A stretch of DNA of 64,000 nt from Desulforhopalus sp. (lineage in GTDB: Bacteria > Desulfobacterota > Desulfobulbia > Desulfobulbales > Desulfocapsaceae). The notes beneath the pieces are model-generated. The model was not told the origin of the DNA, did no database searches, and was given only the letters and a program-made list of their open reading frames with translations. Positions 58,848 to 64,000 of this stretch are shown here, piece by piece; within the stretch, counting starts at the first letter, position 1; each line of letters opens with the position of its first letter. Made by a program: the position numbers and the translations under genes. Where the stretch lies: NCBI GenBank assembly GCA_030247675.1, contig JAOTRX010000004.1, positions 114,910 through 178,909 on the forward strand. The letters are read 5' to 3'.

Positions 58848-59203
58848 ATGGTTAAGGAAACCAACAAGATCGATTTTATTGAGTTTCCGGCGCAGGACGT
58901 CAAAGAAATCGCTTCGGTAAAGCGGTTCTACGGTGATGTATTTGGGGGTCGTTCAAAGGCTGGGGGGAAGACTATATAGATACAAAAAGTAGCGGGCTTA
59001 GTAGCGGTTTCAATGCTGATCCACAGCATCGGCCGAGCAAACCGTTGGTGGTCGTATACAGCCAAAATTTGGAGCTTACCCGTTCGAAAATACTCGATGC
59101 AGGCGGAAAGGTGACCAAAGAGATATTCTCTTTTCCGGGAGGCAGACGTTTTCACTTCACTGACTTGGCTGCCAACGAACTCGCAGTCTGGTCTGATCAA
59201 TGA
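58848..59203 (+). pseudogene. VOC/glyoxalase-family cassette gene with a 1-bp frameshift
   Basis: KIDFIEFPA...KRFYGDVFG, frameshift near 58945, then SFKGWGEDY...PLVVVYS...AGGKVTKEIFSFPGGRRFHFTD..ANELAVWS; not in the ORF track. Confidence 0.8.
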
Positions 59204-59250
59204 ACCCCAGAAATAGGGACAGAAATTCATCCGTTTGCCAAAGAGATTGC

Positions 59251-59730
59251 ATGCAACTTCCAGACGAAAGTATCGTTGAGAAAGCCACCGTCGAAGATGC
59301 TGAAGAAATACTTGCCCTGCAAAAAACTGCGTATGTAAGTGAAGCTGAATTAATCGATGATTTTACAATACCGCCCTTGCATCAGACCATCGATGATATC
59401 ATTTCTGAGTTTAATCATCAGGTAATTTTGAAGTTTAAACTCGAAAAGAGAATTATTGGTTCAGTTCGATGCTATCTGGAAAAAGGAACGTGTTATATAG
59501 GCAAATTGATTGTACATCCTGACTATCAAAATCTTGGCATAGGCACAAAACTTTTACGTGCAGCAGAATGTCAATTTCAGCACGCAGAGCGATATGAATT
59601 ATTCACAGGCGAAATGAGCAAGAGAAACCTGCATATATATGAGAAGAATGGTTACCGGGTTTTTTATAGTAAAATAATTTCGCAAAAACTGACTTTACTG
59701 TTTCTGGAAAAGATAAACAAGAAAGCATAA
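59251..59730 (+). CDS. GNAT family acetyltransferase (cassette)
   Basis: EEILALQKTAY, IIGSVR, IGKLIVHPDYQNLGIGTKLL, NLHIYEKNGY; the stop lies in GCATAAC. Confidence 0.9.
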   Translation: MQLPDESIVEKATVEDAEEILALQKTAYVSEAELIDDFTIPPLHQTIDDIISEFNHQVILKFKLEKRIIGSVRCYLEKGTCYIGKLIVHPDYQNLGIGTKLLRAAECQFQHAERYELFTGEMSKRNLHIYEKNGYRVFYSKIISQKLTLLFLEKINKKA

Positions 59731-59816
59731 CAAGGGCATCAGCCTCGCTCCCGAGAGCAGTGTTTTACTGGACTCGGAAGTTCAGTTTCAGCGGCAGGTT
59801 ACCTCTGCAGATATTT
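59725..59816 (+). mobile_element. Degenerate terminal attC site
   Basis: R'' GCATAAC-aaggg-CATCAGCC...GGTTACC-tctgca-GATATTT (R' mutated). Confidence 0.5.
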
Positions 59817-60164
59817 CGGTCAGAGTACAATTAATCGTTCTTTTTCCGCCAGCTTACCGGACGACCCGGTTTCTTCGCCTGTATCCGCCTGCCTTTAACA
59901 CCGCGAATTCTTATCGAATTCAATACCGTATCGTATTCGTCCGTTCTTGCCTTTTTCCTTTCTTCGGCCCTATAATCGGTAAGTACCGCGATTTGCTGCA
60001 AGGGGTGCATTCCCTTGATGGTTGAGTTAAATGGTTAATTTCAAAAAGGATATCCCGAATCATGGTTCTTTACGGCAGATTTTCAGGAGTACGGCACGGA
60101 TCTTGGTCGATTAGCTGGTCTGCTTGAACGCCACAGCCAGCAATAACCTTTAGGAGGAAAAGGA

Positions 60165-61634
60165 ATGGAAAAGATTTGGCAGCAGAAATTGGTGTGGGTG
60201 GACACTGATATCACCATCGGTCATAAATCGGGCCTGTTCAGCTACTGCGATGTCGATGACGGATATGCCCTTACCGCCTTGCTTCGCTCCGAGCAGGTGG
60301 AGGTGATCGGTGTCAGCTCCACCTTGGGCAACACCGACGAAATCCGCGTTTCCACCGGGATCGCCCGCGATTTTCTTGGCAAGTATGGACCGAACAGCGT
60401 ATCCGTCTATCAGGGGGCGGCCGCCCGGCTTCCCAAGGATCTTGCCCAAACGCCGACCAACGAGGCGGTCGAGAAGTTGGCGGATTTGCTAAAAAACAAC
60501 CGCTTGACCATCCTTGCTATCGGAGCGGCCACCAATATCGCCACCCTGCTCCTCAAATACCCAGAAGCCGCCGCAGGTATCGACGAAATCGTCCTCGTCG
60601 CCGGCCGCAGAAATCTGGACGAACATTTCATCTCCGGCCACCATCAACCCAAGCCTTTCCGCGACCTGAACTTCGAGTTCGACCCGCAGGCCTTCGAGGT
60701 GCTGCTGCAATCGAAACTCACGTTGGCCCTCGTTCCCTACGAAGCCTGCCGTCAGATGTGGATCCGCTTGGGGGATCTGTCGCGCATCGGCAAGGCAAAC
60801 AAGGTGGGGCATTTCCTGGCCGAACATTCTCTTGGCTGGATCACCGAATGGGAGGTGGTCTTCGGCGCCAAGGGTTTCAACCCCTTCGATCTGGTTGCCG
60901 CCGGCTACGTCATCCGTCCCGAACTTTTTTCTGCCCGTTCCTGGCAGGCGACCATCCAATATGGTCCGGACGATACCGCACCGGGCAAGACCAAACCCTA
61001 TCTCGTCTGCAACGATTCCATCACCTGCGGACGGACGGTCAACTACTGTGTGGGCATCGCCGAAAGCTGCCCGGCGTTCCTGCTTGAGCGGATCTGCACC
61101 CACGATATGGCTGCCTTCGTAGTCGGTCAATCCCACATCAACGTAGTTGTTCCCGACATCCAGGAGGCCAGCGAATTCTACGGGCGGGTTCTCGGTTTTC
61201 AGCAGGCCTTCGACCAAGACGGCAACAAGATGGATTATGCCGGTGTCGTAATGGAACCTTTTGCCCTGGATGCTGGAATTTTAAAAGGAGGCGTCAATGT
61301 CGACGTCCGCTTCCTCAAACATCCCCAGGCCGAGATCTATCTTGAGCTGATGGCCTACCACGCCCCAAAGGGCAACCAGAGTCTGCCGCCGCAACCGAAG
61401 ACCTACGACGTTGGGGGCGTGCGGCATATCGCCCTGGAAGTCGCCAACTGCCGAGAGGTCTTCGACTACCTCCGTGGTCAGGAAGGTGTCACCATGATCA
61501 ATACCGATGCCGCCTACCGACCGGTCAAACTTGACGGTTTTCCCATCACCTTTTTCTATTGGATCGATAAATACGGAATCCAATGGGAAATGGAAGAAGG
61601 CCGGCGGATCGGCATGTCACGGGGTATCGTTTAG
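60165..61634 (+). CDS. Nucleoside hydrolase (IU-NH) fused to a C-terminal VOC/glyoxalase domain
   Basis: VWVDTD...DVDDG, LGN, LAIGAATNIA, DLNFEFDP, FDLVAA; then SHINVVVPDIQEASEFY...VLGF, LELMAY, RHIALEV, IDKYGIQWEMEE. Confidence 0.8.
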   Translation: MEKIWQQKLVWVDTDITIGHKSGLFSYCDVDDGYALTALLRSEQVEVIGVSSTLGNTDEIRVSTGIARDFLGKYGPNSVSVYQGAAARLPKDLAQTPTNEAVEKLADLLKNNRLTILAIGAATNIATLLLKYPEAAAGIDEIVLVAGRRNLDEHFISGHHQPKPFRDLNFEFDPQAFEVLLQSKLTLALVPYEACRQMWIRLGDLSRIGKANKVGHFLAEHSLGWITEWEVVFGAKGFNPFDLVAAGYVIRPELFSARSWQATIQYGPDDTAPGKTKPYLVCNDSITCGRTVNYCVGIAESCPAFLLERICTHDMAAFVVGQSHINVVVPDIQEASEFYGRVLGFQQAFDQDGNKMDYAGVVMEPFALDAGILKGGVNVDVRFLKHPQAEIYLELMAYHAPKGNQSLPPQPKTYDVGGVRHIALEVANCREVFDYLRGQEGVTMINTDAAYRPVKLDGFPITFFYWIDKYGIQWEMEEGRRIGMSRGIV

Positions 61635-61640
61635 ATTGGG

Positions 61641-63134
61641 TTAAACCGCCGGGGTCTTGTCCCCCGCGGCCGCCTTGTCACGACGGATCTTTTCCATGAT
61701 TTCAGGATAGAGCTTCTCCATGCAATCCGGGCAGACGCCATGGCTGAATTGCGCCTCGGTATTGTCCTGGATATACTTCTCGATCTTCTGCCAATAGCCC
61801 TTGTCGTCGCGAATGTTCTTGCAGTTGGCACAGATCGGAATAAATCCGCGCAGGGTCTTGATTTCGTTCAAGGCCTCCTGCAATTCCTTGATGACTGCCT
61901 CCCTTTCCTCCGCCGAGGTTTCGACGAGACGGTGCAGCGCCTGCAGGTCCTGGACCTGTTTGCTTCGGTAATCCTGCACTTCCAGGGACTGCACCGGTTC
62001 GGTGTCGGCGCGACCGACGCCGTCTTCGGCTAAAGTCAGAACGGTCATGGTCTGGCTCAGGAACATATTGTCGTCTTCGTTGCGAAAATACTCACCGTAG
62101 CAGAAAAACCCGGCGGTGGGCGCGAGACCGGCCAAGGGCTGCAGCTCCAGCTTGCTGTCTTCACCCAGCACCCATTTGCGACTGAGACAGGAATAGATAA
62201 AAACCACATCGCAGGGACTGGAGGCGAACCGGCTGAAGGTCGCCCTGGCCGATTCCGCAACCAGACCTGAATGGCAGAAGGAGAATTGTACCGTTTCGCC
62301 GGTGTAGAAGGGTGCCATGAACTCCAGGGAGCCGTCCGGCAAAACCCGATTGGCATGTCGCGCCAGAAGCACGCCATGGCGTCGCACCACCAGAGGAAAT
62401 TCGGCTGCGGATTGGGGCAGGCGCCCGGCGATATGCTCTCCAAGATAATGGGAATACAAGTCCTTGGCCGGTCGATTGTCGATGGTGTGGATGCAGGTTC
62501 CGGTGGCGGCAGTGATGGTCATTTTTTTGCCGAGTGGTACCCAGCTGAGATTGTAGTCGGTACCGACCCTCAGGGAGTCACCGGACAGGACGGCGGCGGC
62601 GGCTCCTTTGCCGGTATGGCCGTGTTCGGTGAAGACAAAGGTCTGTTTGGCCAGTCCGTTATCCCCCGCTTGACCACCGCTGATGACCAAGGTCGGGCAC
62701 GCCTCCTGAAAGCCGGCAAGCAGCGGTTCGCCGTTGACTGCCCCGCCGTCCTTGATTCCGCAACCAAAGACAATGGCTAATCGGCAATCCTTCCGGGCGA
62801 GGGCAAGCCCTAGGCGACGACCAGCATCGTGCATGTCGTCATTCTGATCGATGAAGGCAGTTTGCACCGTAGTCTTGTCGAACCGGGAGAAATTGATGAC
62901 CGTTGTCTTCTCAAGGGAGGCACCGTCCATGATCTCGCCGGCAGTAGTGGCGCCCAGTATCGGGACGCCTGGGAAAATCTTGGTCAACTGACCAAGCAGC
63001 TCTGCGACGTAGTCCTCCGCCGGATTGCCGGAGAAGACCTGAATGAGAAGATGTTGCGGGACATACTCACCGAGTTTTTGTTTGGCCTGAAAAAGATCAT
63101 CGGCGGAACTGTATTGGATATTAAAACTAAACAT
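61641..63134 (-). CDS. FIST-domain sensor ending in a four-cysteine C-terminal domain
   Basis: LIQVFSG, GATTAGEI, GGQAGDN, EFPLVV, YSCLSR, GFFCYGEY (FIST N/C); tail RGFIPICANCKNIRDDKGYW...SHGVCPDC. Confidence 0.85.
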   Translation of the reverse strand: MFSFNIQYSSADDLFQAKQKLGEYVPQHLLIQVFSGNPAEDYVAELLGQLTKIFPGVPILGATTAGEIMDGASLEKTTVINFSRFDKTTVQTAFIDQNDDMHDAGRRLGLALARKDCRLAIVFGCGIKDGGAVNGEPLLAGFQEACPTLVISGGQAGDNGLAKQTFVFTEHGHTGKGAAAAVLSGDSLRVGTDYNLSWVPLGKKMTITAATGTCIHTIDNRPAKDLYSHYLGEHIAGRLPQSAAEFPLVVRRHGVLLARHANRVLPDGSLEFMAPFYTGETVQFSFCHSGLVAESARATFSRFASSPCDVVFIYSCLSRKWVLGEDSKLELQPLAGLAPTAGFFCYGEYFRNEDDNMFLSQTMTVLTLAEDGVGRADTEPVQSLEVQDYRSKQVQDLQALHRLVETSAEEREAVIKELQEALNEIKTLRGFIPICANCKNIRDDKGYWQKIEKYIQDNTEAQFSHGVCPDCMEKLYPEIMEKIRRDKAAAGDKTPAV

Positions 63135-63529
63135 CGGCCCTTCTCCTCCCCCGTAAATAGTAGTCGATGAAATCGGTCACAGCCTTTCTCCATCAATATC
63201 TCACCCCGATTACCGGAATAAGTGGCTTTCCTGTATCGTCAGGCTACTTGCTGTTCGGGGCATTTTCAAGATGTTTCTCCGATAGTAAAGGGAGATGGCA
63301 AATAACAGGTTGTGTGGATCAGAGTATGATTAAAATCTTCTCAGGTATCCATTTCTCCATTCGAGAAATTCTCGAATTCCTGGGGGGCAGTTTGCCGAAG
63401 TGTCTGGTGAGGGAAAAACATATCTTTTCTCCTCAATTCTCGAAATCGACTATTTCTCAGTGATGGTGGTGTGCTAGGGATGAACGACCCGGGGGCTGCC
63501 GCATCTCCAAGGTTTGGCCGAGGAACTGG

Positions 63530-64000
63530 CTACCTTGCTTGCGGTGGTAAGCTGGCAATGCGCGCCTCAAACCGGGCGAAGCGCTTGTCCAGTTTGACGA
63601 TTTCCTCTGCCTTCTCGTTTTTCGACAGGAAGGAAAAGTGGATACTGTTGTAAACGACCTCTTTGAGATTGTCGTAGGAAGGTTTATAGCGACTGGTATA
63701 GAGAAGGTATTCTCCGCTCAAATTGTTGCGCGACACCCCCGGGTCGTCGGTGGAGATGACGAAGGGTACCCCATGTCTGGCATACAGGCCTACGGGATGG
63801 GCCTCGTTTTTGATGCCGAGGATGAATTCGTTGCTGGTCAGATTGACCTCAACGGCGACCTTCTTTTGTTTCATGATGTTAAGAAGCTGCGGGGCATCGG
63901 TTTCATGGGCGATATCGATGCCATGGCCGATACGATCGGCACCGGCGACCAGCACTGCCTCACGAATATGATGGCGCAGGCCCTCGGGCGGTATCATCCC
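63530..64000 (-). CDS. Adenosine deaminase-family protein, C-terminal part (5' end beyond window)
   Basis: HIREAV..AGADRIGHG, VEVNLTSN, VISTDDPGVSR. Confidence 0.8.
   Translation of the reverse strand, partial: GMIPPEGLRHHIREAVLVAGADRIGHGIDIAHETDAPQLLNIMKQKKVAVEVNLTSNEFILGIKNEAHPVGLYARHGVPFVISTDDPGVSRNNLSGEYLLYTSRYKPSYDNLKEVVYNSIHFSFLSKNEKAEEIVKLDKRFARFEARIASLPPQAR

Noticed and set aside
60092-60107. Possible sigma-54 promoter CGGCACGGATCTTGGT
   Set aside because: The -12 GC is replaced by GG and there is no adjacent activator
1-64000. CRISPR array, tRNA or rRNA genes
   Set aside because: No regularly spaced direct repeats, cloverleafs or rRNA-like sequence were seen

Overview
64-kb window from a GC-rich sulfate-reducer-like deltaproteobacterium (Desulfobulbales-like; inferred from gene content only). 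Left to right: the end of a CoA-transferase gene; a PAS sigma-54 activator; a sigma-54-driven lactate-type operon (TRAP dctPQM, Usp, GlcD/GlcF-like D-lactate dehydrogenase, LutC/LutB-like L-lactate dehydrogenase); purine nucleoside phosphorylase and rsmI; an ArsR regulator with a DUF318/ArsP-type permease whose conserved PLCSCG cysteine is an in-frame TGA followed by a SECIS-like hairpin (candidate metal-regulated selenoprotein transporter); three PhnD-like binding proteins tied to signalling genes rather than transporters; pfkA; a lone MoSto-like gene; aroK-aroB and aroD; two Cache/PAS sensors; a divergent anaerobic cobalamin cluster with a B12 riboswitch; a decayed integron (truncated intI, putative attI, about 9 attC-like sites, AT-rich cassettes encoding SIR2, TIR, DUF4062, a degenerate HD-GYP sensor, a membrane protein, VOC and GNAT, plus a 99-bp MITE in an attC core); a nucleoside hydrolase-VOC fusion; a FIST sensor; and a partial adenosine deaminase-like gene. 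No tRNA, rRNA or CRISPR array was seen. All family assignments come from motif recognition by eye, not database searches.
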